The translations under genes and the position numbers were made by a program. Of a stretch of DNA of 36,559 bases, positions 1 through 10,031 are shown piece by piece. The notes beneath the pieces were generated by a model. That model did no database searches. It had not been told where the DNA came from and saw only the letters and a list, made by a program, of their open reading frames with translations. Source of the stretch: Octopus bimaculoides (lineage: Eukaryota); assembly GCF_001194135.2 (NCBI RefSeq), contig NC_069002.1:31083333-31119891 (forward strand). Direction: 5' to 3'. Within the stretch, counting starts at the first letter, position 1. Every line of letters begins with the position of its first letter.

Positions 1-245
1 AAGACACCATTTCGAGCGTGGCCGTTGCCAGTATCGCCTGACTGGCCTTCGTGCAGGTGACACGTAAAAGCACCTACTACACTCTCTGAGTGGTTGGCAT
101 TAATAAGGGCATCCAGCTGTAGAAACTCTGCCAAATTTAGATTGGAGCCTGGTGTTGCCATCCGGTTTCACCAGTCCTCAGTCAAGTCGTCCAACCCATG
201 CTAGCATGGAAAGCGGACGTTAAACGATGATAATGATGATGATGA
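1..245 (+). mobile_element. 3' UTR/tail of an RTE-type non-LTR retrotransposon with (GAT)n tail, running into (TA)n/(CA)n
   Basis: Near-identical to the sequence that follows the RTE ORF2 stop at 24805-25289 (GGCATCCAGCTGTAGAAACTCTGCC...CATGCTAGCATGGAAAGCGGACGTTAAACGATGAT). Confidence 0.8.
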
Positions 246-320
246 TATATATATATATACACACACATGTATATACACATCCATCTATCTGTCTGTATGT
301 ATGTATATACACACACTTAC

Positions 321-470
321 CTTTTCTGGTAACTTGACTTCATTGGGATGTGACACAAATTTAGTTTCAGCTTTAAAATCAAATGCAGATGTCGGTGTAT
401 CGTCTTTAGTACACATCTCTATACTTGGAATTTGGCTATATTTTGTACTCTGCCTTGGAAGATATGTTGG
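321..470 (-). CDS. Internal coding exon (150 nt, phase 0/0) of an unidentified gene divergent from TMEM258: PTYLPRQSTKYSQIPSIEMCTKDDTPTSAFDFKAETKFVSHPNEVKLPEK
   Basis: On the minus strand: long pyrimidine tract CTTTTGTTTATTATTCTTTCTTTTTTTTGGTAG as acceptor at 471, consensus donor AAG|GTAAGT at 320, open frame 0 for exactly 50 codons, non-repetitive sequence. Protein family not recognised. Confidence 0.75.
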
Positions 471-987
471 CTACCAAAAAAAAGAAAGAATAATAAACAA
501 AAGTCGCACTAAGCAGCAATGATAATATATATGTAAGCACACAGTTTTATTTTTAATCATTACAATTTAATATGCCTTGAATGAATTAATTCCAGCTTGA
601 CAAAGCTTTGCGTACACCAGCAAATTTATTATTTGCTTTTTTTTACATATTAGAACAGCTGTTCTTAGTAAGCTATGAATGATAGATTTGGAGTCTGTAC
701 CTGGTAAAGTGTAATGATGCAGAAACATGTGTCCTACAGGTTAAATGACTTCATTCACAGCCAGGATTGGTGTTTTAACATGCATTGTCTATCAGCAGAA
801 TTTATCTTTGGAAACAGTTATTGCAGCAAAGGTTTTTCCACATTTGAGTGTAAACTAACATGTTAAATATAAAGGTACTTAGCTTTATGTCAAGTATGTT
901 AAATGATTTTACACATTTTCTATTCTGTACTAACTCTACACAGACATACTTGTACTGGTTACTGTTTTGAAATAACTAAACCCAGTT

Positions 988-1011
988 ACTCTCTCTCTTT
1001 CTCTCTCATCC

Positions 1012-1055
<44 letters not shown>

Positions 1056-1262
1056 CCTGTCCATTTGTCTATTTATCTGTCTATTTGGCTGTCCCTTCGT
1101 CCATCCATCCATCCATCCATTCGTCCATCTGTTTATCTGTCTGTCTATCTACCTGTCCATCCATCCATCCATTCATCTATCCATCTGTCCGTCCGTCCGT
1201 CCAGCCATCAACCATCCATCCATCCATCCATCCACCCATTCATCCATCCATCCATCTATCTA
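988..1262. repeat. Compound microsatellite (CT)n/(ATCT)n/(CCAT)n
   Basis: Visible tetranucleotide arrays; explains the spurious ORFs 903-1265 and 1085-1366. Confidence 0.95.
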
Positions 1263-1518
1263 TAAATGATGGACAACACAAATGGAAATCATTGGACCAT
1301 AGGTCTGCTGGATCAGAGCTGCCTGGGATTATACAACAAAAGCACCTAGGATTCTGGGTCTGCTGACAGACGATGGCTAAGCTGGCTGAAACTTTGAAGT
1401 CACTATCAACAACATTTTTGCTTAAGAATAATAAATTTGTACTCTACAAAAGTACAGAGTAACCCATCAGATTAATGTAAAATTGTTTATAACTGAGCAT
1501 AAAAACAAACATTAATGT

Positions 1519-1550
<32 letters not shown>

Positions 1551-1551
<1 letters not shown>

Positions 1552-2080
1552 AAGGTGCGTAATCGTCAGGGTTTTGCACTCACGATTGCGAGAATGTGAG
1601 TTCAATACCAGGACCGGGTGATGTGTTGTGTTCTTGAACAAAACACTTCATTTCATTTTGCTCCAGTCGACTCAGCTGGCAGAAACAAGTAATACTGTGA
1701 TTGAATGTGTGTGTGCGTACGCACGTGTGCGTGAATGTATATCATCATCATCATCATCATCATCATCGTTTAACGTCCGCTTTCCATGCTAGCATGGGTT
1801 AGACGATTTGACTGGGGACTGGTGAGCCAGATGGCTGCACCAGGCTCCAATCTGATTTGGCAGAGTTTCTACAGCTGGATGCGACATCACTGGTGCCAAG
1901 CTGTATCAGCCCCTTTGCCATTCCTTTGGATAGCATCAGTGGCATGAAGAGGGGAGACTGGCTATGCATGGGTGACTGCTGGTCTTCCATGAACAACCTT
2001 GCCCAGACTTGTATATTTGAAGGGGAACCTTCAAGATGCAACTCCATGATCATTCATGACCAAAGGGGCTCTTTACCCTA
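1551..2080 (+). mobile_element. tRNA-headed SINE (same family as 7437-7795) split by a minus-strand RTE tail at ~1742-1882
   Basis: Head GTGAAGGTGCGT...GAGTTCAATACC (B-box-like); body TGCGACATCACTGGTGCCAAGCTGTATC...TCTTCCAT matches 7585-7790; the intervening (CAT)n-CGTTTAACGTCCGC is the reverse RTE tail. Confidence 0.65.
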
Positions 2081-2329
2081 TATAACAAAACATGGACCTG
2101 GAAATTTTTATGGGTATTAGTTACTCCACCTTCCGGTTTTGTTATACAATTACTTTGTAAATAATATTTCCATAACATTCAGTTTTAATAGATATTTTGC
2201 ACTAACATCCAGCAGCAACTGAGACTACATATTGGATTGTAATAACGGAATAAGCAAATGTGCTTCAAGAGGAAACAGCTGGAATTTACCCTAACTACCT
2301 ACATTAACTAGGTGCAGGAGTGGCTATAG

Positions 2330-2728
2330 GCGCAGGAGTGGCTGTGTGGTAAGTAGCTTGCTTACCAACCACATGGTTCTGGGTTCAGTCCCACTGCGTA
2401 GCACCTTGGGCAAGTGTCTTCTACTATAGCCTCAGGCTGACCAAAGCCTTGTGAGTGGATTTGGTAGATGGAAACTGAAAGAAGTCCATCGTATATATGT
2501 ATATGTATATACATGTGTGTGTGTTTGTGTGTCTGTGTTTGTCCCCCCAACATCGCTTGACAACCGATGGTGGTGCGTTTACATCCCCGTAACTTAGCAG
2601 TTCGGCAAAAGAGACCGATAGAATAAGTACTAGGCATCTAAAGAATAAGTCCTGGGTTCGATTTGTTCAACTAAAGGCGGTGCTCCAGCATGGCCACAGT
2701 CAAATGACTGAGACAAGTAAAAGAGTAA
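2330..2728 (+). mobile_element. Full-length tRNA-derived SINE with CORE-like segment (ACCTTGGGCAAGTGTCTT) and internal TA/TG microsatellite
   Basis: A-box-like TGGCTGTGTGG, B-box-like GGTTCAGTCC, tail GACAAGTAAAAGAG; many homologous copies in this window. Confidence 0.85.
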
Positions 2729-2734
2729 CTATAT

Positions 2735-3066
2735 GTATACACATTAGCGATTTGCTAAATCATCCATAGATTTCTATGGCGTTGAAATATATGCTGGAAG
2801 TGATCGTCTAAGAACTGCTGAGTCAGGCTGATCCCTGATCCCACTGAAGAGGCTACAGCGAAAGCCGAAACTGACTGAGCAGTCTGGGAATATCTTGACC
2901 ACTGTTTTTGGGGTGATTATGGTCCCTGTCAGCATGTATGTGTACAATTATGTGCTTTGACTGCAGTATTAGAGCATTTAGTTCTTATTTCTAGCAACGG
3001 AGGCGTTTCTAACACCTTCAGTCATGTTTAATGATGTTTATAGTTTTCCTTTTTGACACACATTGC
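2735..3066 (+). mobile_element. Retrozyme-like ~330-350-nt repeat unit carrying a hammerhead ribozyme (family shared with 28691-29092)
   Basis: Collinear similarity to the reverse complement of 28709-29032, e.g. GTATACACATTAGC, CCCTGTCAG and an identical 15-mer TCTTATTTCTAGCAA (2983-2997 vs 28779-28793); HHR at the equivalent position in both. Confidence 0.7.
2839..2889 (+). ncRNA. Canonical type-I hammerhead ribozyme, predicted GUC cleavage after 2884
   Basis: Stem I TCCCA(2839-43)/TGGGA(2885-89); core CTGAAGA (2844-50); stem II GGCT/AGCC with 8-nt loop; GAAA (2867-70); stem III ACTG/CAGT with 6-nt loop; GTC triplet. All core positions match the HHR consensus. Confidence 0.88.
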
Positions 3067-3359
3067 TTACATTAATTATACATATATATATAATAATAAT
3101 AATATTAAGGATAAAAATCCAAATTTACAGGTAAAAACTCAATTAAAATCAATTTATCAAAAATCAAATTAAGTTTCATAGTATAAAATATATAAATATA
3201 TAGTTTTAGTGTAGTCGTTTTATTATATTTTTCTTATGATTTTTACTTTGTATTATATTATACTTATTTGTCGTGCATTTACTTATTAATTTTTCTATAT
3301 GTGACAATGGATTTTCATGAATGAGTTCATGAACTTTGGTTCTTTTCTCTAAAACTATA

Positions 3360-3394
<35 letters not shown>

Positions 3395-3397
<3 letters not shown>

Positions 3398-3648
3398 AAG
3401 TAAGATCGTTGCCAGTGCCCCTGGACTGGCTTGTGCGGGTGGCACATAAAAGACACCATTTCGAGCGTGGCCGTTTTCGTGCGGGTGACACGTAAAAGCA
3501 CCCACTACACTCTCTGAGTGGTTGGCGTTAGGAAGGGCATCCAGCTGTAGAAACTCTGCCAAATTAGACTGGAGCCTGGTGTTGCCATCCAGTTTCACCA
3601 GTCCTCAGTCAAATCGTCCAACCCATGCTAGCATGGAAAGCGGACGTT
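3395..3648 (+). mobile_element. 5'-truncated RTE retrotransposon 3' end inserted after a (TA)n tract
   Basis: Begins GCCAAGTAAGATCGTTGCC, the same as the ORF2 stop region at 24797 onward; near-identical to 24797-25277. Confidence 0.85.
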
Positions 3649-4229
3649 NNNNNNNNNNNNNNNNNNNNNNNNNNNNNNNNNNNNNNNNNNNNNNNNNNNN
3701 NNNNNNNNNNNNNNNNNNNNNNNNNNNNNNNNNNNNNNNNNNNNNNNNNNNNNNNNNNNNNNNNNNNNNNNNNNNNNNNNNNNNNNNNNNNNNNNNNNNN
3801 NNNNNNNNNNNNNNNNNNNNNNNNNNNNNNNNNNNNNNNNNNNNNNNNNNNNNNNNNNNNNNNNNNNNNNNNNNNNNNNNNNNNNNNNNNNNNNNNNNNN
3901 NNNNNNNNNNNNNNNNNNNNNNNNNNNNNNNNNNNNNNNNNNNNNNNNNNNNNNNNNNNNNNNNNNNNNNNNNNNNNNNNNNNNNNNNNNNNNNNNNNNN
4001 NNNNNNNNNNNNNNNNNNNNNNNNNNNNNNNNNNNNNNNNNNNNNNNNNNNNNNNNNNNNNNNNNNNNNNNNNNNNNNNNNNNNNNNNNNNNNNNNNNNN
4101 NNNNNNNNNNNNNNNNNNNNNNNNNNNNNNNNNNNNNNNNNNNNNNNNNNNNNNNNNNNNCACCTCTTATATCACACCTTTCTTCCTCCTTTAACGCCGA
4201 TGTGATGTAATTTCCTGGGAGAGAAATAC

Positions 4230-4302
4230 TTTTGCGGCTGAAGATAGCTTTGTATTGTAAATTATACACTGATATAAAGCTTGAAACACGTGTACCGCAG
4301 AA
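4230..4302 (+). ncRNA. Minimal type-I hammerhead motif with palindromic stem III (Penelope-like element type), GUA site after 4294
   Basis: Stem I TTTTGCGG/CCGCAGAA; CTGAAGA (4238-44); long stem II AGCTTTGTAT/ATATAAAGCT closed by a non-canonical U-U; GAAA (4283-86); perfect palindrome ACACGTGT (4286-4293); H17=A. Confidence 0.65.
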
Positions 4303-4500
4303 TCCTTTGTATTTTTGCTGTTATTTTTTGGATTTACAATTTATATATATATATATATACACATTTATATATTTGTTTTGCAAGATTCTTGATGTGAATT
4401 CGTGTGTTGAAACAGATATTGTTGTATTTGGGGATGGTCATGTTACCAGTTTAGCCAATGAAAACCCACTCCCTATATATTTGGTGTACACTTGCTTCAG
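4303..4500 (+). mobile_element. Repeat body downstream of the 4230 HHR, also present at ~34495-34570
   Basis: Shared segment GCAAGA(A)TTC..GAT.TGAA.TCGTGTGTTGAAACAGATAT.GTTG at ~4380-4440 and ~34506-34566. Confidence 0.55.
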
Positions 4501-4525
4501 CTTTATATTGTATTAATCGTATTTC

Positions 4526-4570
4526 GGCCAGAGTTCTTTCGTCACACTTCTGTGACCTCATCAGTGGTCC
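4526..4570 (-). ncRNA. Hammerhead-like motif (minimal, 2-bp stem III, CUC site)
   Basis: Minus strand: GGACCA-CTGATGA-G-GTCAC(AGAAGT)GTGAC-GAAA-G(AA)CT-C-TGGCC. Core and stem II are good; stems I and III are weak. Confidence 0.45.
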
Positions 4571-4659
4571 TTTGCTTTCTTCTTTCCTTTTTGTGTGTCT
4601 CTCCTTACTAATGATCAGCCATTTTGTATTCCTATTGTATGTGTCTTTATTTGTGCATG

Positions 4660-4667
4660 TGTATATC

Positions 4668-4711
<44 letters not shown>

Positions 4712-4775
4712 TGTTTGTATGTATGTGTGTGTCTGTTTGTGTGTGTGTGTGTGTCTGTTTGTGTATGTGTGTGTA
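4660..4775. repeat. (TG)n microsatellite
   Basis: Visible dinucleotide array. Confidence 0.95.
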
Positions 4776-5120
4776 TCAAGAGTTACTGAAGCAAGCAGGT
4801 GAGCTTCTTGAATCAAGAACATTTGTCATACAATGACAACGAGCATATTCCACTCAAAAGGCTTTGTTTAGCCTAGGGCTATAGTAGAAGACACTTGCCC
4901 AAAGTGCCACACTGTGGGACTGAACCCAACTGCATAATTAGGAAGCAAGTTACTTAATCATACTATGTCTATGTAATCTCAAGTGTCCTTTCTTACTGTT
5001 GTTGTTAAACCCCAGGTCAATCCTGCTCCAGTAAGTCTATGATCGAAGAGTCCAACTGTGGCCCTCCTAAATTTTATACAGATATAAAGTATCTATGATT
5101 AAATTTATTTGTTTATTGCA

Positions 5121-5755
5121 CATAGGGGGCTAAACATAGAGGGGACAAACAAGGACAGACAAAGGGATTAAGTCGATTGCATGAACCCCAGTGTGTAACT
5201 GGTACTTATTTAATCGACCCCATAAAGATGAAAGGCAAAGTCGACCTCGGTGGAATTTGAACTCAGAACATAATGACAGACGAAATATCGCTAAGCATTT
5301 CGCCNNNNNNNNNNNNNNNNNNNNNNNNNNNNNNNNNNNNNNNNNNNNNNNNNNNNNNNNNNNNNNNNNNNNNNNNNNNNNNNNNNNNNNNNNNNNNNNN
5401 NNNNNNNNNNNNNNNNNNNNNNNNNNNNNNNNNNNNNNNNNNNNNNNNNNNNNNNNNNNNNNNNNNNNNNNNNNNNNNNNNNNNNNNNNNNNNNNNNNNN
5501 NNNNNNNNNNNNNNNNNNNNNNNNNNNNNNNNNNNNNNNNNNNACATAGGGGGCTAAACATAGAGGGGACAAACAAGGACAGACAAAGGGATTAAGTCGA
5601 TTGCATGAACCCCAGTGTGTAACTGGTACTTATTTAATCGACCCCATAAAGATGAAAGGCAAAGTCGACCTCGGTGGAATTTGAACTCAGAACATAATGA
5701 CAGACGAAATATCGCTAAGCATTTCGCCCGGCATTCTAACAATTCTGCCAGCTCA
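5121..5755 (-). mobile_element. tRNA-headed SINE with a Meta-domain-like centre (GTCGACTTTGCCTTTCATC..GGGGTCGAT), duplicated either side of an N gap
   Basis: Reverse complement of the element at 16340-16570; 5121-5304 is identical to 5545-5728. Confidence 0.8.
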
Positions 5756-5793
5756 CCATCCTAAAATATAACCTATGATTATATTATCTAATG

Positions 5794-5972
5794 CAGTGGT
5801 TCCCATCCTGGGTTCCACGGACACCTGGTGGTCCACAAAGATAGTACTGGGGGTCCACGAACAAAATTCAAAATTTCATATATATATATATATACATAAG
5901 GATAAGCATATTAAAAGGGGTTCATGGGAAAACTCATTTCAATAAAATAGGAACTACTGATGGGAACCATTG
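5794..5972. mobile_element. hAT-type MITE (179 bp), 14-bp TIRs, perfect 8-bp TSD ATCTAATG
   Basis: TIRs CAGTGGTTCCCATC (5794-5807) and GATGGGAACCATTG (5959-5972), one mismatch; TSD at 5786-5793 and 5973-5980. An 8-bp TSD with CAG-start TIRs is typical of hAT elements. Confidence 0.85.
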
Positions 5973-6197
5973 ATCTAATGTATCCCTTCTCATTGTTGTT
6001 TGGGCACATGACAGCCTTCATCCAGCAGATAAATGATCAATGACATTCCAAATATGACCATCCCGTCTTTTATTCATCTATCTTTTATTTGTTTCAGTTT
6101 TTTTTTTACTGCGACCATACTGGGGCACCACCTTGAAAGGTTTTAGTCAAAGAAATTGACCGCAGGACTGAATTTTTAGGCCTGGGACATATCGTAA

Positions 6198-6317
6198 CAA
6201 TTTGAAATAAACTGCTCTCTTTGGACTGATGTAAATTGTGCTAAAAACTGGTTTATTCTTTATGTTGGAAATCTGTATGGTTAGCTGCTTCCGAAGAGAG
6301 CAGTTTATTTCAAATTG
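6198..6317. repeat. Inverted repeat, 28-bp arms with one mismatch, 64-nt spacer
   Basis: CAATTTGAAATAAACTGCTCTCTTTGGA (6198-6225) vs TCCGAAGAGAGCAGTTTATTTCAAATTG (6290-6317). Confidence 0.9.
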
Positions 6318-6682
6318 GATGTAATGTTTCCATTGATCGATTAAATGGAGCCATTCGAAACGGTCATAATGCACTGGACATCCTTGTTACTTATTTGCTT
6401 TATATATATACATATATATATATGAAAAAAAATAAAAAAATAAAAATGGGGTTTGTATGATCGTGTATAGAGGAATATATTATTTAAAAGAGTTTTTATG
6501 TTTTATTTATATTCTTATAAAATTAATGTGGGATATAGAATATGGAATATATAATATAAATAGTAAAATGAAATGAAGTATTGAATGTCTTATTGAATAT
6601 ATGAGATATTGAGTATTAAATATAGAGTATTAAATATATAAGGACTAGTATACTTTCCTGCCTCATGGCAGTCATATATATA

Positions 6683-6857
6683 TCATCATCATCATCATCA
6701 TCATCGTTTAACGTCTGCTTTCCATGCTAGCATGGGTTGGACAATTTGACTGAGGACTGGTGAACCAGATGGCTACACCAGGCTCCAATCTGATTTGGCA
6801 GAGTTTCTACAGCTGGATGCCCTTCCTAATGCCAACCACTCCGAGAGTGTAGTGGGT
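6683..6857 (-). mobile_element. RTE 3' tail, truncated by an N gap, next to (TA)n
   Basis: (CAT)nCGTTTAACGTCTGCTTTCCATGCTAGC...CCGAGAGTGTAGTGGG. Confidence 0.85.
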
Positions 6858-7436
6858 NNNNNNNNNNNNNNNNNNNNNNNNNNNNNNNNNNNNNNNNNNN
6901 NNNNNNNNNNNNNNNNNNNNNNNNNNNNNNNNNNNNNNNNNNNNNNNNNNNNNNNNNNNNNNNNNNNNNNNNNNNNNNNNNNNNNNNNNNNNNNNNNNNN
7001 NNNNNNNNNNNNNNNNNNNNNNNNNNNNNNNNNNNNNNNNNNNNNNNNNNNNNNNNNNNNNNNNNNNNNNNNNNNNNNNNNNNNNNNNNNNNNNNNNNNN
7101 NNNNNNNNNNNNNNNNNNNNNNNNNNNNNNNNNNNNNNNNNNNNNNNNNNNNNNNNNNNNNNNNNNNNNNNNNNNNNNNNNNNNNNNNNNNNNNNNNNNN
7201 NNNNNNNNNNNNNNNNNNNNNNNNNNNNNNNNNNNNNNNNNNNNNNNNNNNNNNNNNNNNNNNNNNNNNNNNNNNNNNNNNNNNNNNNNNNNNNNNNNNN
7301 NNNNNNNNNNNNNNNNNNNNNNNNNNNNNNNNNNNNNNNNNNNNNNNNNNNNNNNNNNNNNNNNNNNNNNNNNNNNNNNNNNNNNNNNNNNNNNNNNNNN
7401 NNNNNNNNNNNNTATATATATATATATATATATATA

Positions 7437-7795
7437 GTGAAGGCGTGTGGCTCAGTGGTTAGAGTGTTGAGCTTACGATCGTGAGGTTGTGAGTTTGATT
7501 CCCAGATCGGGTTGCATGTGTTGTGTTCTTGAGCAAGACACTTTATTTCATGTTACCCTAGTTCATTCCGTGTAGAAATGAGCTGCGACGTCACTAGTGC
7601 CAAGCTGTATCGGCCTTTGCCTTTCTCTTGGATAACATCAGTGGCACAAAGAGGGGAGGCCAGTGTGCATGGGTGACTACTGGTCTTCCATAAAAACAAC
7701 CCTAGATTGTGCTTTTGCCAGAGAGGCAACTTTCTGCCCAGACTTGTACCTAGAGAGGACCCTCTTAGGTACACCCATGGGCATTCGTGACTGAC
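7437..7795 (+). mobile_element. tRNA-headed SINE
   Basis: Head GTGAAGGCGTGTGGCTCAGTGGTTAGAG (A box) and GAGTTTGATTCCC (B box); body shared with 1883-2080 and 26010-26115. Confidence 0.8.
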
Positions 7796-7809
7796 GCAGT
7801 CTTTCATAT

Positions 7810-7985
7810 ATATATATATATATGACAGGCTTTGACATAGTTTCTGTCCACCAGATTTGCGCACAAAGCATTGGTTGGCCCAGGGCTATAATAGAAGACA
7901 CTTTCTCAAGGTGCCACACAGAGGGACTGAACCAGAAACCTTGTGGTTACAAATCAAGCTTCTTAACTACACACCAATGCCTGCA
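7810..7985 (-). mobile_element. CORE-like SINE 5' part
   Basis: Reverse complement of the 2330-2480 head. Confidence 0.75.
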
Positions 7986-8207
7986 CCTCTAGCAGAATAT
8001 TTCAAAATAATAATCAAACTTTTTAAAAATAAAATTAAACAGGGGATCAGACTAAACATCACCACGGGCCAGACCAGCTTCAGGATCCTGTATTTGTAAG
8101 GCCTGTTTTAGGGCACATCCAAAGAAATGCTTCTTGACATAAAGCTCCTCACCATTTCACTCATTTTCAAACCTGCCAAAATGCTCTGTATTATTTCTCT
8201 ACATGAA

Positions 8208-8418
8208 GGCGGTAATCTGGCAGAATCATGTTGGGCAAAATGCTCAGCAACATTTTGTCTGTCTTTACGTTCTGAGTTCAAATGCTACCGGAGTCAGCTT
8301 TGCCTTTCATTCTTTCAAGGTCGATAAAATAAATACCAGTTGAGTACTGGGGTTGATGTAATCGACTCACCCTCCCCACTCCGAAATTGTTGGCCTTGTG
8401 CCAAAATTGGAAACCAGT
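8208..8418 (+). mobile_element. Meta-domain-like SINE
   Basis: Homologous to 16340-16570. Confidence 0.75.
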
Positions 8419-8878
8419 ATTTCTCTCCCATTTCTACTACTACTAAGAGACTTCTCTGCCCCTTGGAACTGCCTGGTTCCCTACTACCTCCACTGGGATA
8501 CTCTTAACTCAATTAATTTTCCTTTTCCCACCTATATCATGCCTACCCCTCTCTAGGCCATGCACTAACTACTAAACCTAGTTTTCTGTTTCCAGAGTAC
8601 TAGTCTTTGGAATTTCCTCATGCGAGTGGCACATTTTTTTTACATCTATTAACTAAGTGAAATGTTAATCATATTCTGGTTCGACATGTATAGACAAAGT
8701 GAAGGGAAAATAGGTCACCTCTCCCCAAGGTGCACTGCTTTGACTAATTGGAGTTAATGTTAGTTGCAACTCTAATCAGACTGTGACTCTGAATGCATGC
8801 TAGCTACATATATTTTATCTTTTATCTTTATCTTTTAATTACTATTGTTTCAGTCCTCAGATAGCAGCCACGTTAGAG

Positions 8879-8953
8879 ACAGAGGCAGTATTAGCAAACA
8901 TATATGTAACAGAGGCAGTATTAGCAAACATATATGTAACAGAGGCAGTATTA
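8879..8953. repeat. 30-bp tandem repeat, ~2.5 perfect copies (ACAGAGGCAGTATTAGCAAACATATATGTA)
   Basis: Read directly from the sequence. Confidence 0.9.
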
Positions 8954-9155
8954 ATACCAAGAGGTGATATTTATTCCCATTTAAACATGGATGTTCTGTT
9001 AGAACAAGCTATACTGCAGTATTTACCATGAGAGATTCTCTCATATAGGCCGTTGGTGCAAAATGCACTCTTGTTTATATCACTAGCAGGAGAAATAAAT
9101 TCCCACCTCCTCCAGCGCTCAACCTCTAGAAATAGCAGCAACTTAATCATATTGT

Positions 9156-9340
9156 GTGGAGGCGCAATGGCCCAGTGGTAAGGGCAGCGGACTCGCGGTC
9201 AGAGGATCGCGGTTTCGATTCCCAGACCAGGCGTTGTGAGTGTTTATTGAGCGAAAACACCTGAAGCTCCACGAGGCTCCGGCAGGGGGGGGGCACCCCT
9301 GTTGTACTCTTTTGCCCCAACTTTCTCCCTGTTTCTTGAG
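9156..9340 (+). mobile_element. 3'-truncated tRNA-derived SINE (same family as 13569-13953), followed by a minus-strand Meta-like SINE to ~9552
   Basis: GTGGAGGCGCAATGGCCCAGTGGT...GGTTTCGATTCCC with A/B boxes; matches the reverse complement of 13780-13952. Confidence 0.85.
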
Positions 9341-9704
9341 TAAATTTTCAAATTTTGGCACAAGGCCTGTACTTTTGGGAGAAGAGGTAAATTCATCACA
9401 TCGACCCCAGTGATCAACTGGTACCAATTTTATCAACTCTGAAAGGCCGAAAGGCAAAATCAGCCTTGGCGGAATTGGAACTCAGAATGTAAAGACGATT
9501 GAAATGCCACTAAGCATTTAGCCCTGCATGGTAACAATTTGACCAGTTCGCTGATATTAATGATGATGATGATAAAAACGTTGAGATAAAAAATGAGTTG
9601 CAGGAACGTCTTTGATTACAGGTCTGTTCAATCAGAGTTGGCCTAGGAGAGGAACATGTCTAAACAACAACATTCCTTTGTAAATTCCGTCCAAGTGTTT
9701 TAAA

Positions 9705-9846
9705 TTCTTTATTTCCATTAGACAGATATTTGTCCTCATCTTGTTTGTTGTTAACACAACGTTTCGGCTGATATACCCTCCAGCCTTCATCAGGTGTCTT
9801 GGGGAAATTTTGAACCTGGGTTCCCATTCCTAAGGTATTTTTCGAG

Positions 9847-9889
<43 letters not shown>

Positions 9890-9927
9890 GGTCACTGCCT
9901 GGAAATGAACTCGTTATTTTGGGGTTA
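9705..9927 (-). mobile_element. tRNA-headed, (AAT)n-containing SINE-like element with HHR tail; left copy of an inverted pair
   Basis: Reverse complement of ~9940-10170; minimal HHR at 9753-9798, identical to 10086-10131. Confidence 0.8.
9753..9798 (-). ncRNA. Minimal type-I hammerhead motif (dimer type)
   Basis: GACAC-CTGATGA-A-GGCTG(GAGGGTATAT)CAGCC-GAAA-CGT-T-GTGTT on the minus strand. Confidence 0.7.
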
Positions 9928-9977
9928 AGAGTGGGGGCTACTAACCCCAAGATTCCGAGTTTGATTCCAGGCAGTGA

Positions 9978-10031
<54 letters not shown>

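Noticed and set aside
701-854. Candidate extra minus-strand exon (donor CAG|GTACAG at 700)
   Set aside because: All three frames contain stops with the plausible acceptors.
1361-1410. HHR-like CAGACGA-TGGC..GGCT-GAAA-CTTTGAAGT-C
   Set aside because: Core U4 is mutated and no stem I can be formed; at most a decayed remnant.
5121-5728. Apparent tandem duplication of a SINE across the N gap
   Set aside because: 5121-5304 and 5545-5728 are identical, including private mutations, and directly flank the gap; most likely an unmerged contig overlap.
6330-6372. HHR-like ..TGATCGA..AATG/CATT-CGAAACGGTC
   Set aside because: The core is disrupted and stem I is unconvincing.
9156-9235. tRNA-like sequences at SINE heads (also 7437, 13880-13952, 9921-9980)
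   Set aside because: They continue into SINE bodies and lack a complete cloverleaf with a proper acceptor stem; not tRNA genes.
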